DNA of 64,000 nucleotides, taken from contig CAVTNR010000030.1 of NCBI GenBank assembly GCA_963736115.1, forward strand, positions 1-64,000, read 5' to 3'. Under the pieces are notes generated by a model that saw only the letters and a program-made list of their open reading frames with translations, made no database searches and was not told where the DNA came from. The stretch is from an uncultured bacterium (GTDB taxonomy: Bacteria > Zhuqueibacterota > QNDG01 > DTFT01). This document shows positions 48,087 to 57,467 of the stretch, one piece after another. The position numbers and the translations under genes were made by a program. Positions within the stretch are counted from its first letter, which is position 1, and each line of letters starts with the position of its first letter.

Positions 48087-49241
48087 ATGTCCAAGCAGGA
48101 TTTTCAATTGTTCTCCATGGTCCCCCTGATGCGGGCGGCCGAACAGTCTTCGCTCAACGGCCGGCCGGCCGCGATCGGCGCATTTAACGTCAATTTTTAC
48201 ACGCAGGCGGAGGGCATTCTAGAAGGCCTGAAGCGCGCGGACGCGCCCGGCATCATCCAGGCCAGCAGGGGAGCGAACAAGTTCCAGGGCGGGCCCGACA
48301 AGATATCGGCCATGGTCCTCGCGGCCATGAAGGAAACCGGCCATGACCTGCCCGTGTCCCTCCACCTGGACCACGGCGACGACGAAAAAGGCCGGGAATG
48401 CGTGGACAACGGGTTCAGCTCGGTCATGATCGACGCTTCCAAGTTCGACCTCAAGGACAACATCGCCGCGACCAAGGCCATCCTGAACTATGCCCATCCC
48501 AGGGGCGTCAGCGTTGAAGGCGAATTCGGCAAGCTCGAGGGCGTGGAAGAGGATGTCATCCATGAGTCCACGACCTATGCCGATCCCTTCCTGGTCCCAT
48601 ATTTCTTCAATGAATCCAAGGCCGATGCCCTCGCCGTGGCCTACGGCACCGCGCACGGGCCCAACAAGGGCAAGGGAACGGACAAGCTCGCGATCCACAT
48701 CGTCCAGTACTCGTACGCCGGCCTGAAGGCCTATGGTCTGAACGAAAACCACTTTCTCGTGGGACACGGCTCCTCCACGGTGCCGAAGGAACTGGTCGAT
48801 GAGATCAACCGGTACGGCGGCGGCATCAAGGATTCCGCGGGCATTCCGATGCAGAAAATTCAGGAAGCCATAGCCGCGGGCATCCGCAAGGTGAATATCG
48901 ACACGGACCTTCGCCTCGGCATCACCGCCACATTCCGTAAATTCTTCCACGACAATCCGGGAGTCGAGAAGAAGTCCCCGAACGTCCTGGCCCCCATCAA
49001 GCAGGCACTGGACAGCCACCCGGAATTCATCGACCCGCGCGATTACCTGAAGACCATCGACATCGGCCTGCTCCGGGTCCATCCCCGCGGCGGCGACCTG
49101 GAGCCTGTCATGGTCCTGATCAAGGAGCGCATCGCGGCCCATGTGGAAATGCTTGTGCGCAAGTTCGGGTCCTCGGGTCTGGCCGCCAGTGTCGAGCGCG
49201 TCACGCTCGCCGAGATGGCCAAACGGTACGGCCGGAACTGA
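48087..49241 (+). CDS. fba: Class II fructose-bisphosphate aldolase
   Basis: GAFNVN, LHLDHG, FSSVMIDAS, VSVEGE, GTAHG, HGSS and KVNIDTDLR; GGAGG RBS. Confidence 0.9.
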   Translation: MSKQDFQLFSMVPLMRAAEQSSLNGRPAAIGAFNVNFYTQAEGILEGLKRADAPGIIQASRGANKFQGGPDKISAMVLAAMKETGHDLPVSLHLDHGDDEKGRECVDNGFSSVMIDASKFDLKDNIAATKAILNYAHPRGVSVEGEFGKLEGVEEDVIHESTTYADPFLVPYFFNESKADALAVAYGTAHGPNKGKGTDKLAIHIVQYSYAGLKAYGLNENHFLVGHGSSTVPKELVDEINRYGGGIKDSAGIPMQKIQEAIAAGIRKVNIDTDLRLGITATFRKFFHDNPGVEKKSPNVLAPIKQALDSHPEFIDPRDYLKTIDIGLLRVHPRGGDLEPVMVLIKERIAAHVEMLVRKFGSSGLAASVERVTLAEMAKRYGRN

Positions 49242-49258
49242 ATGCGTCTGTTACGCAC

Positions 49259-49942
49259 TTGAATTTTCTGCTTTTCGACATCGACGGGACGCTTCTGCTC
49301 TCGGGCGGGGCGGGAAAAGTCGCGATGGAGCGGTCATTCGAGACGGTCTGGGGCATCCGGGACGCGCTTCGGACCATCCCGCTCATGGGACGGACCGATC
49401 CTGCCATTGTCCGGCAGGTCCTGCAGGAAAACAAACTCCCGCAGGACGATTCAAAAATAGAAAAGTTCAGGGAATATTATTTCTGGTACCTCGAGGAGGA
49501 AATCGGCAAGGACAGGCCGGGAAAGGCGCTCTGCCCGGGCGTGCTTCCCCTATTGAACACCCTGTCCGGAATGCCGAACGTCGAACTCGGACTGCTCACC
49601 GGGAACTGGAGATACGGCGGGCTTCTCAAACTGCGCCATTTCGGGATTGACGGGTTTTTCCGGATCGGCGCGTACGCGGATGACTCCATGATCCGGGACG
49701 CTCTCGTACCGGTTGCCATGGACCGGTTCCGGCAGGCCCACGGCATGAGTCCGGCGCCGGAAACGGTTTTCGTCATCGGCGACACGCCTTTCGACATCCG
49801 CTGCGGCAAGCCGCACGGGGTCCGGACGGTCGCGGTGGCCACGGGCGTGCACGCTGCGGATGAACTGCAGGCCGAATCCCCGGACTTTCTGTTCGCGGAC
49901 CTGACGCACACGGATGAAGTGGTGAAGGCGCTGACCGGGTGA
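49259..49942 (+). CDS. HAD-superfamily hydrolase (phosphoglycolate phosphatase-like)
   Basis: LFDIDGTL, GRTD, LLTGN, IGDTPFD and AVATG. Confidence 0.9.
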   Translation: MNFLLFDIDGTLLLSGGAGKVAMERSFETVWGIRDALRTIPLMGRTDPAIVRQVLQENKLPQDDSKIEKFREYYFWYLEEEIGKDRPGKALCPGVLPLLNTLSGMPNVELGLLTGNWRYGGLLKLRHFGIDGFFRIGAYADDSMIRDALVPVAMDRFRQAHGMSPAPETVFVIGDTPFDIRCGKPHGVRTVAVATGVHAADELQAESPDFLFADLTHTDEVVKALTG

Positions 49943-49984
49943 TCTGTCCGGAGGGTCGGTCGTACTTTCAAATATGAATTTCAT

Positions 49985-50014
49985 AAGCCGTCCCAGTTAT
50001 GGGGACGGCTTTTT
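49985..50014 (+). terminator. Intrinsic terminator after the fba-HAD operon
   Basis: AAGCCGTCCC/GGGACGGCTT followed by a T-run. Confidence 0.8.
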
Positions 50015-50045
50015 CATCCCTCCGACCTGGGATAGATTATTCTTT

Positions 50046-50161
50046 CCGCAAGGGCGACGCAGCGCGTCGCCCCTGCGGAGATCTGCGGCGCATGCCGGGA
50101 TCCGGCTTTAGAATTAAATTCTCTTGAGGGCGACGCAGCGCGTCGCCCTTGCGGAGATCTG
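50046..50161 (-). repeat. Two REP family A palindromes in direct repeat
   Basis: AGGGCGACGCAGCGCGTCGCCC(C/T)TGCGGAGATCTG at 50051-50085 and 50127-50161. Confidence 0.8.
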
Positions 50162-50289
50162 TGGCGCGGACACGGGCTTGACGGAACCATCCTGAACCTT
50201 TGAACGTGTAAACGTTCCAGAACGGCTACGCGTTGACGCGCAAATGTTTTTTCATTTGGTTTTTTCCATAAATTCCTATATTTTAAGCC

Positions 50290-53200
50290 ATGAACGACCT
50301 TTTCCGTAAATTGCCGGTTTCCGCGACCGCGGTTCTCCTGGCTGTGGGGTTTCTGACGACCGGCAGGGCGCAGGATGTTCCGGTATTCCGGCTTTCCGGC
50401 AGTTCGGACCGGGGATGCACGGTTGAATTCAATCTATTCGATCTTGAGATGGATTCAATCCGCACCCCATCCGGGGAATTCATCCGTGTCGGTTTCCGGG
50501 GCGGCCGCGCCGAGGCGGAAACCGGAGAACCGATGATACCGGTAGCAATCGCAGTCATTGCGATTCCACGGGAAGGCGGCGTCCGGGTTTCGCTCCAGGG
50601 AACGGATCCGGGCCCGGCTTTTGAGAAGATCCGCCTGCTCCCGGGCCCGCGGCTTGAAACCGAGGATGGACTGCCGGTGGAAATATTCGAACCCGGTTCC
50701 GGATATGCGGCCGGCGGGAATGCATCGGAACCGCTTTTCGACGTTTCGGATCCGCAGGTATTCGGCTCCTATCGCGTGGTTCATGTCCGCTTCCATCCGG
50801 TCCGGTACGACGCCGGAAACGGGGCACTGACCGTATTTTCCGGAATCCGTGTATCCGCTGAGTTCGAAAAGCCGGCCGCGTCTTCCGGCGAGCGCGGTCC
50901 GTCCGCGGATGAAGCTGTTTACCGGAACGTTCTGCTGAATTATTCGGAAGCCGGGACATGGAGGAAGCCGGAAAGGCCCGCTCTCCGCAGAACCGGCCGT
51001 GTCCGGCGGACCGGGGAGTATTATAAAATACCAATTTCCTCCGACGCCGTGTACTCCATCAGCGGCGCCTACCTGAAAAACGCGGGCATTGACATCACGG
51101 CAATCGATCCCGCGACCTTGAAGATTTACAACAACGGGGGAATGGCGCTTCCCCTGCCGGTCCGCGACGCGAGGCCCGACAGCCTCGTCGAGAATCCCAT
51201 CCGGGTCATCGGCGTCGAGGACGGACGATTCGACGCGTCCGATGTCCTGCTCTTCTACGGCCGCGGACCCTATGGATGGCAGACGCGAAACCGGGTTTTC
51301 GAGCACACCCTCAATACGTTCACCGAATCGAACGTCTACTGGCTCGTGTTCAATGACGGAAAACCCGGTCAGCGCATTCAGACGGCCCCGGCTCCTGCGA
51401 CTGAATTAACGACGCAGACCGCGACTTTCACGGATTACCAGTTCCTGCAGAACGACAAGGCCAACCCCATTGAGTCCGGCACGTTCTGGTACACAACCCT
51501 TTTCCAGACCGGAAACCCGGAACCCGTGTCCGTCCCGATTCCGGCCTATGATCCGGCCGGCAATGACACGCCCTTTTACCGCATTCTGTTCAAGGGCGAA
51601 GACATGGACGACACCGTCACCCAGACCTTTTTCATTTCAGTGAACGGAAGGAGCATCGGCTCCCATCGCATCATCAACGCCGCCACCCAGCTCTACCAGT
51701 TCAGCGATCCCGCGGGGCTGAAAACAGCGGGCAATACGCTCGGCGTGCGGTTCAGCGCGACCCTTCAGTCCGCGAATGGCTATCTGGGCTGGCTCGAGGT
51801 CCGGTACCGCAGAAACCTGACCGCGAGGGACAACCAGCTGAAATTCTTCTCGCCCCAGGCGGGCGGCGCCTGGCGGTACCGGCTGACCGGCTTCACGGCC
51901 GAGCCCGCCGTGTGGGACGTGACCGATCCCGCGTCGATCCGGGCCCTTTCCGTCATCGCGGAGGACGGCGCATACTGGGTTTCGGATGACGCCGATTCCG
52001 GGGACGTCCGGACTTATTTCAGCCGGTCCGGCTCCTCCACTCCGGCGCCGCCGAGCATTGAAAAGGACGTCTTCGCGGACCTGCGGAACCCGGACCACGG
52101 ATGCGACCTCCTGATCGTCGCGCCAGCGGCCTTCATGGACGCGGCGGAACGGTATGCCCGGTTCAAGCGCGACGCGGATTCGCTCGACGTGTTCACGGCC
52201 GACATCGCCGAGGTGTTCGACGAATTCGGCTGGGGCATACGCGATCCGGCCGCGCTCCGCGATTTCGTCCGGACCGCCTATGAAACCTGGAGAAAACAGC
52301 CGTCTTTTCTGCTTCTGTTCGGGGACGGGCATTACGACTACCGGAACCGGCTCCCCGGCTCCAAAACGAACTGGATCCCCCCCTTCGAGATCGGCGGCAC
52401 ACAGACGCTTTATTCTCCGGCCGTGGACGACTGGTTCGCGTGGGTGGCGGGCGACGACGCGCTGGCGGAACTGGCGGTCGGCAGGGCCACCGTGGAATCC
52501 GCGGAACAGGCGAACACCGTGGTCGACAAGTGGATCCGGTACCAATCCGAGCCGGACCGGGGCGACTGGCGCAGTCTGATCACCATCGTGGCGGACGACG
52601 AAATCAGCCCGGATTTTTCCTCGGAAATGGAGCATGTCCGGGATTCCGAAACCCTGGCCGCCCGCATCCTGCCTCCGGCTTTCAACCAGCGCAAGATTTA
52701 CATGACCGAATACCCGGTCGAGATACAGACGCGGCGCCTCAAGCCGCAGGCGGAAGACGATCTCATCCGCCAGATCAACGCGGGCACGCTCATCGTCAAT
52801 TACACGGGCCACGCCAACAAGACCGTCTGGGCGCATGAGTGGATTTTCCAGCAGGAAGCCTCCATGAAGCGGCTGGAGAACGGCGGCCGGCTTCCCCTGT
52901 TTTTCGCGGCCACATGCGAATTCGGGCTGTTCGACGATCCGAAGGAACAGTCGTTCTGCGAGGACCTGCTGGCCGCTCCGGGCGCGGGCGGCATCGCGGT
53001 CATCGGCGCGACGCGGTTCAGTTTTTCCACTGAAAATTCCGACCTGAACCGGGCCTTCATGGACCCGCTTCTCCGGAACCTGTCCGATCCGCTCCGCATC
53101 GGCGAAGCCATGCGCATCGCCAAGGTGATCACGATGAACCGGACGAACGACCAGAAGTACGTCATCATCGGCGATCCCACGCTCCGCCTGGCGGCGCCGA

Positions 53201-54237
53201 GGCAGGAAATGATTTTCACCTCGGTCGAGCCGGATACGCTCCGGGCGCTCGGACGGGTCCGCGTGGAAGGCGAGGTCCGGAGAGACGGCGTCCGCTGGGA
53301 GGACTTCAGCGGACGGGTAAAGATTCAGGCATCCGATTCGAAAAAATCCATCCGTTACACGGCCGGATCGGGCGCGTCCGTGAGCTATGTGCTCTCCGGG
53401 AACCCCATGTTCCGCGGCGAAAACGAAGTGACGGCCGGCCGCTTCGCATTTGAATTCATCGTGCCCAAGGACATCACCTACGGCGGCACGCTGGGCCGCC
53501 TCTCCGGTTACGCCTGGAACGAATCCACGGACGGATTCGGCGCCAGGGACGGCTTGATCACCGGCGGCAGCGCGTTCGTGGATGACGGGCAGGGGCCGGA
53601 CATCCGGATCGGTTTCGATGGGCTTCCGAATTTCATGCCGGGCGACATGGTCGCAGGCGATCCGGTGCTCTCGGCCGAGATCGAAGACAGCCAGACGGGC
53701 ATCAACCTGACCGGCGAGCTCGGTCACAAGATCACGCTCGCGCTCGACGACGGGATGCCGGTCGATGTCAGCGCCTATTTCAGCTACGACGCGGGCAGTT
53801 ACCTCAAGGGCCGCGTCGTGTACCCGCTGACCGGCGTGGCGCCCGGCGTCCGCAGTCTCACGCTCAAAGCCTGGGACAATGCGAACAATTCCGCCTCCCG
53901 GACGGTGGAGTTTCGCGCCGTGGCGGAGGACGGGCTGATCCTGGAAAAACTGCTGAATTACCCGAATCCTTTCAGCGACGCCACCCAGTTCACATTCGAG
54001 GTCAGCCGGTCCGCGGAAGCCGAGATCCGGATCTACACGGTGGACGGCCGGCGGATCCGAAGGATCGAAGGCATAGCGGCACAGCCGGGCTTCAACTGGG
54101 TGGACTGGGACGGCCGGGATGAGCGGGGGGACGCGTTGTCGAACGGCGTCTATCTCTACACGGTCACGGCACGGGCCGGAATCGGCGGTCGTAAGGCCGA
54201 GGCCTCGGAAGTGGGCAAAATGATCAAGATGCGGTGA
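50290..54237 (+). CDS. porU: PorU-like C25 (gingipain-family) sortase with propeptide and FlgD-Ig C-terminal domain
   Basis: YKI...KIYNNGG...FYGRGP, LLLFGDGHYDY, AVGR, catalytic YTGHA and ATCEFG, IGDP, FIVPKDI, LKAWD and NYPNPF C-terminal domain. Confidence 0.85.
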   Translation: MNDLFRKLPVSATAVLLAVGFLTTGRAQDVPVFRLSGSSDRGCTVEFNLFDLEMDSIRTPSGEFIRVGFRGGRAEAETGEPMIPVAIAVIAIPREGGVRVSLQGTDPGPAFEKIRLLPGPRLETEDGLPVEIFEPGSGYAAGGNASEPLFDVSDPQVFGSYRVVHVRFHPVRYDAGNGALTVFSGIRVSAEFEKPAASSGERGPSADEAVYRNVLLNYSEAGTWRKPERPALRRTGRVRRTGEYYKIPISSDAVYSISGAYLKNAGIDITAIDPATLKIYNNGGMALPLPVRDARPDSLVENPIRVIGVEDGRFDASDVLLFYGRGPYGWQTRNRVFEHTLNTFTESNVYWLVFNDGKPGQRIQTAPAPATELTTQTATFTDYQFLQNDKANPIESGTFWYTTLFQTGNPEPVSVPIPAYDPAGNDTPFYRILFKGEDMDDTVTQTFFISVNGRSIGSHRIINAATQLYQFSDPAGLKTAGNTLGVRFSATLQSANGYLGWLEVRYRRNLTARDNQLKFFSPQAGGAWRYRLTGFTAEPAVWDVTDPASIRALSVIAEDGAYWVSDDADSGDVRTYFSRSGSSTPAPPSIEKDVFADLRNPDHGCDLLIVAPAAFMDAAERYARFKRDADSLDVFTADIAEVFDEFGWGIRDPAALRDFVRTAYETWRKQPSFLLLFGDGHYDYRNRLPGSKTNWIPPFEIGGTQTLYSPAVDDWFAWVAGDDALAELAVGRATVESAEQANTVVDKWIRYQSEPDRGDWRSLITIVADDEISPDFSSEMEHVRDSETLAARILPPAFNQRKIYMTEYPVEIQTRRLKPQAEDDLIRQINAGTLIVNYTGHANKTVWAHEWIFQQEASMKRLENGGRLPLFFAATCEFGLFDDPKEQSFCEDLLAAPGAGGIAVIGATRFSFSTENSDLNRAFMDPLLRNLSDPLRIGEAMRIAKVITMNRTNDQKYVIIGDPTLRLAAPRQEMIFTSVEPDTLRALGRVRVEGEVRRDGVRWEDFSGRVKIQASDSKKSIRYTAGSGASVSYVLSGNPMFRGENEVTAGRFAFEFIVPKDITYGGTLGRLSGYAWNESTDGFGARDGLITGGSAFVDDGQGPDIRIGFDGLPNFMPGDMVAGDPVLSAEIEDSQTGINLTGELGHKITLALDDGMPVDVSAYFSYDAGSYLKGRVVYPLTGVAPGVRSLTLKAWDNANNSASRTVEFRAVAEDGLILEKLLNYPNPFSDATQFTFEVSRSAEAEIRIYTVDGRRIRRIEGIAAQPGFNWVDWDGRDERGDALSNGVYLYTVTARAGIGGRKAEASEVGKMIKMR

Positions 54238-54242
54238 CCGGC

Positions 54243-54620
54243 ATGTACAGCGGCCTGGTCCTGGATCATTTCAAGAATCCCCGGTGCATCGGGGAAATCG
54301 AGAATCCCGACGCGGTCGGAGAGGCGAAGAACGAAGCCGACGGCGACCATGTCCGCCTGACACTCCGAATCAGAGACGGGCGCATCGAGGAGTGCCGGGT
54401 TCAGGTGATGGGATGCGTGGCCGCCATCGCGTCCGCCAGTTTTTTCGCGGAATGGATGCAGGGGAAAACCCCCGCCGAGGCCGTTGCCCTGACCGAGGCG
54501 CAGCTGGCCGAACGCATGGGCGGTCTTCCGGAGCACAAGATCCGGTGTTCGCTGACCTGCGTCGCGGCTCTGCGGGACGCGATCGCGAATCCCGAACCTG
54601 CGGCGGAAAGCCGTGGGTGA
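54243..54620 (+). CDS. IscU/NifU-N-like Fe-S scaffold protein with atypical ligands
   Basis: YS-VLDHFKNPR, GC-AAIASAS and GGLP-K-CS. Confidence 0.85.
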   Translation: MYSGLVLDHFKNPRCIGEIENPDAVGEAKNEADGDHVRLTLRIRDGRIEECRVQVMGCVAAIASASFFAEWMQGKTPAEAVALTEAQLAERMGGLPEHKIRCSLTCVAALRDAIANPEPAAESRG

Positions 54621-55278
54621 AACGGAACCACGCGCCGAGAGCGTTCCGCCGGACGATGTCACTTTCTCGATCGAGAAGCCCGGCCGGTTCGAACTGACGG
54701 TCAAGGGATCGCGTTTCATCGGATTCGCGGCGCGTGCCGCGTCCGCCGAAGCCGCTGAACAATGGGCCGGTTCGATTGCGGAAGAATACAGGGACGCCAC
54801 GCATTGCTGTTGGGCCTGGCGCGTCGGAGCCGGGGACCGTTCCCGGTTCCGGACGAATGACGCAGGAGAGCCCTCCGGCACGGCGGGCCGGCCCATTCTG
54901 GAGGCCATCGACCGCAGGACGCTTTCGGACACGGTCTGCGCGGTGGTCCGGTATTTCGGCGGCCGGAAGCTGGGCACGGGCGGGTTGGCGAGGGCCTACG
55001 GCGAATGCGCGGGCGGCACGCTCGACGCCGGCGGCCGTATGGAGGCCGTCATCGAGGCCGCGTTCCGGGTGCGGTTCGGAGCCGAGCGGACGGGCCGGGT
55101 GATGGCCGTGATCCGGAGGCATCGGGCGCGTGTCGAAAACCGGGACTTTCAGTCCGAAACCGAAATGACCGTGCGGGTAAGGGCCGGCCGCGCCGAAGCG
55201 TTCACGGCCGACCTGACCGACGCCACGTCGGGAAAGGCCGTGATTCTGAGGCTGGAAGCCGCGGACGGGGATGGATAG
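54613..55278 (+). CDS. yigZ: YigZ/IMPACT family protein
   Basis: VKGSRFIG, ATHCCWAW, DAGEPSGTAGRPIL and VVRYFGG-KLGTGGL-RAY. Confidence 0.92.
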   Translation: MGETEPRAESVPPDDVTFSIEKPGRFELTVKGSRFIGFAARAASAEAAEQWAGSIAEEYRDATHCCWAWRVGAGDRSRFRTNDAGEPSGTAGRPILEAIDRRTLSDTVCAVVRYFGGRKLGTGGLARAYGECAGGTLDAGGRMEAVIEAAFRVRFGAERTGRVMAVIRRHRARVENRDFQSETEMTVRVRAGRAEAFTADLTDATSGKAVILRLEAADGDG

Positions 55279-55320
55279 GTTTCTGCCGCGCGGTTCCGTC
55301 CGCAGGCCGAGGAGAATGAA

Positions 55321-55521
55321 ATGTCCGCATGCGACAACCTGAAAAGCAACTTGAGCCGGTGCAACTGCACCTATGAACCCTGCAGTCGGAAGGGGAAATG
55401 CTGCGAATGCCTGGCCTATCACCGACGGGCGGGCGAGCTTCCCGCCTGTTATTTCACGTCTGAGGTCGAAGCCACGTTCGACCGCTCCGTCGGCCGCTTC
55501 ATCGCCATGCACAATCGCTGA
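55321..55521 (+). CDS. Small Cys-rich protein (DUF6485-like)
   Basis: [19 protein letters not shown]...ELPACYF; GGAG RBS. Confidence 0.75.
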   Translation: MSACDNLKSNLSRCNCTYEPCSRKGKCCECLAYHRRAGELPACYFTSEVEATFDRSVGRFIAMHNR

Positions 55522-55584
55522 CGCGCGTCCGGCGCCGCGGAACCGCGGCCTGCAGGGAACTCCATCAACCAACGGGGAACGCCA

Positions 55585-56376
55585 ATGGATCTCGGCTTGA
55601 AAGACAAAGTGGCGGTCGTGGCCGCGTCGAGCAGGGGGCTCGGCAAGGCGGTGGCCTGGCAGCTCGCGCGTGAAGGCGCGAAGCTGGTCCTCTGCGCCCG
55701 GAACAAGGAAAACCTCGAGGCGACGGCGGACGAGATTCTTCTCGACACCGGCGTGACGGTGTTCCCGCTGTCCATCGACCTGTCGGACGGCGATCAGGTC
55801 CGCTGGATGGTCGACGAGACCCTGGACCTCTTCGGCCGCGTGGACATTCTGGTCACCAATTCCGGCGGGCCGACGCCCGGCGATTTCGACGAGATCCAGG
55901 AGGAGGACTGGAAGAAGGCCACCGCTCTCACGTTGTACAGTGTCGTGCGGCTGATCCGAGCCGTGCTTCCGTCCATGCGCAAGCACAAATGGGGCCGCAT
56001 CATCAACCTCACGTCGATCTCCGTGAAACAGCCCCTGCCCGGACTGCTCCTGTCGAACGCCCTGCGTCCGGCCGTGGTGGGACTGACCAAGAGCCTGGCG
56101 GAGGAGCTCGCGCCGGACAATATTCTCGTGAACGCGCTGTGCCCGGGATATTTCCTGACGGATCGCGTGAAGGCCCTGGTCGAGGACAAGGCGTCCCGTT
56201 CCAGAAAGCACATTGACAAGATCATCGACGAGATGGTGGGAGAGATTCCGCTCGGACGGATGGGGGATCCGAAGGAGCTCGCCGACCTGGTGGCGTTCCT
56301 CGCGTCCCCGAGGGCCGGGTACATCACCGGAGCCGTGATTCAGGTGGATGGGGGGATGGTCAAGAGCCTGCTGTAA
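55585..56376 (+). CDS. SDR family oxidoreductase (FabG-like)
   Basis: MDLGLKDKVAVV-ASSRGLG, LVTNSGGP, LSNALR and YITG-IQVDGG. Confidence 0.9.
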   Translation: MDLGLKDKVAVVAASSRGLGKAVAWQLAREGAKLVLCARNKENLEATADEILLDTGVTVFPLSIDLSDGDQVRWMVDETLDLFGRVDILVTNSGGPTPGDFDEIQEEDWKKATALTLYSVVRLIRAVLPSMRKHKWGRIINLTSISVKQPLPGLLLSNALRPAVVGLTKSLAEELAPDNILVNALCPGYFLTDRVKALVEDKASRSRKHIDKIIDEMVGEIPLGRMGDPKELADLVAFLASPRAGYITGAVIQVDGGMVKSLL

Positions 56377-56380
56377 ATGA

Positions 56381-56514
56381 GTTCATAGTTCATGGTTCAT
56401 TGTTCATAGTTGAAGAAAAGATGAAAAATCTTCCGCAAAAAAGAAGACGGTAACCTCCTTAAAGGTTACCGTTAATTTTTATGAACCATGAACCATGAAC
56501 CATGAACTATGAAC
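56381..56514. repeat. Inverted pair of GTTCATN heptamer arrays flanking a hairpin between convergent genes
   Basis: (GTTCATN)4 at 56381-56408; hairpin ACGGTAACCT/AGGTTACCGT at 56447-56472; (YATGAAC)5 at 56480-56514. Confidence 0.85.
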
Positions 56515-56515
56515 T

Positions 56516-57256
56516 TTACAGAAAAAGAGACGCCACCCCCGACACCGCGACCTGAACGGTCAGGTTGTCCAGCCCGTGGTGGCTGATTGCCTCCACGATC
56601 ATGGCGCAGAAGCCGCAGGCCAGGGCCATGCGGAGCGCCGCGTCCCACCCGAGATGCATCACCCATCCGCACAGAAAAACAGCGACACACGCCGTCCACA
56701 GCACGGCCAGGGATCCCTCCAGGCTTCTTTCGGCCTTGATTCCGAAGAGGGAGGGTACGCGATAACGGTGCCTTCCCCAGGCCGCGCCGACCGGTTCCGC
56801 GGCCGCGTCCGCCCAGCCCGTCACGAGATATCCGATGAAGGCCGTCTGCGGGAACCAGAGATTGGCCGCCACGCCGCCGAGCACAGTGGAAGCGAGGGGT
56901 AACAGGATGAATAGCCCTTCATGCGGGCTGTCCTTGGCACGCGCCACAGCGTCAAATAGCCCATGGCCCGAGCCTTTCCAGACCGCGAAGGCTACGGCCG
57001 CGGCCACGACGATTCCGAAAACCACGGTCATTTTCAGTCCGAAGCGGAGCTGGAAGATGCAGGCCGCGGAGAATACAATGAAATGGAAAAGTTTCCGGGT
57101 ATAGGGGACGGTCTCTGATTTTTTCGCCCTCAGCCAGGACACGGCGGCGGATGCGAAAGCGACCGTCAGCATGGCGAGCGGCAGGAACAGCAGAAGGTCC
57201 CGGAACGTGAGGCTGAGCAGGCCGCTCCGGAGAAATTCGTAAAATCGATCGGCCAT
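56516..57256 (-). CDS. CTP-dependent polyprenol/phytol/diacylglycerol kinase family membrane protein
   Basis: YTRKLFH, GWADAAAEPVG-WGRH, RSLEGS and DNL motifs; multiple TM helices. Confidence 0.8.
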   Translation of the reverse strand: MADRFYEFLRSGLLSLTFRDLLLFLPLAMLTVAFASAAVSWLRAKKSETVPYTRKLFHFIVFSAACIFQLRFGLKMTVVFGIVVAAAVAFAVWKGSGHGLFDAVARAKDSPHEGLFILLPLASTVLGGVAANLWFPQTAFIGYLVTGWADAAAEPVGAAWGRHRYRVPSLFGIKAERSLEGSLAVLWTACVAVFLCGWVMHLGWDAALRMALACGFCAMIVEAISHHGLDNLTVQVAVSGVASLFL

Positions 57257-57467
57257 AATTGATCGTAATATAAACGATTTTTCAGGGGAATGCAAAATCC
57301 GGTGTTTTATCGCGATTCAGTGAATCCCGCCTGAGGAAATTTCAACAAGATGGAATATTTTTAACTTCTTGATTATTGTACATTTAAAAACACGTGGATT
57401 TTAACGTTGGATTTGTTAAATTTAAGCCGGTCGATCACATACCGTTTCATGGACGGGGAAAACACAT

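Noticed and set aside
56381-56514. LexA (SOS) boxes in the GTTC/GAAC arrays
   Set aside because: Spacing is GTTC-N3 in tandem, not GAAC-N4-GTTC or GTTC-N7-GTTC, and the arrays lie at 3' ends rather than promoters
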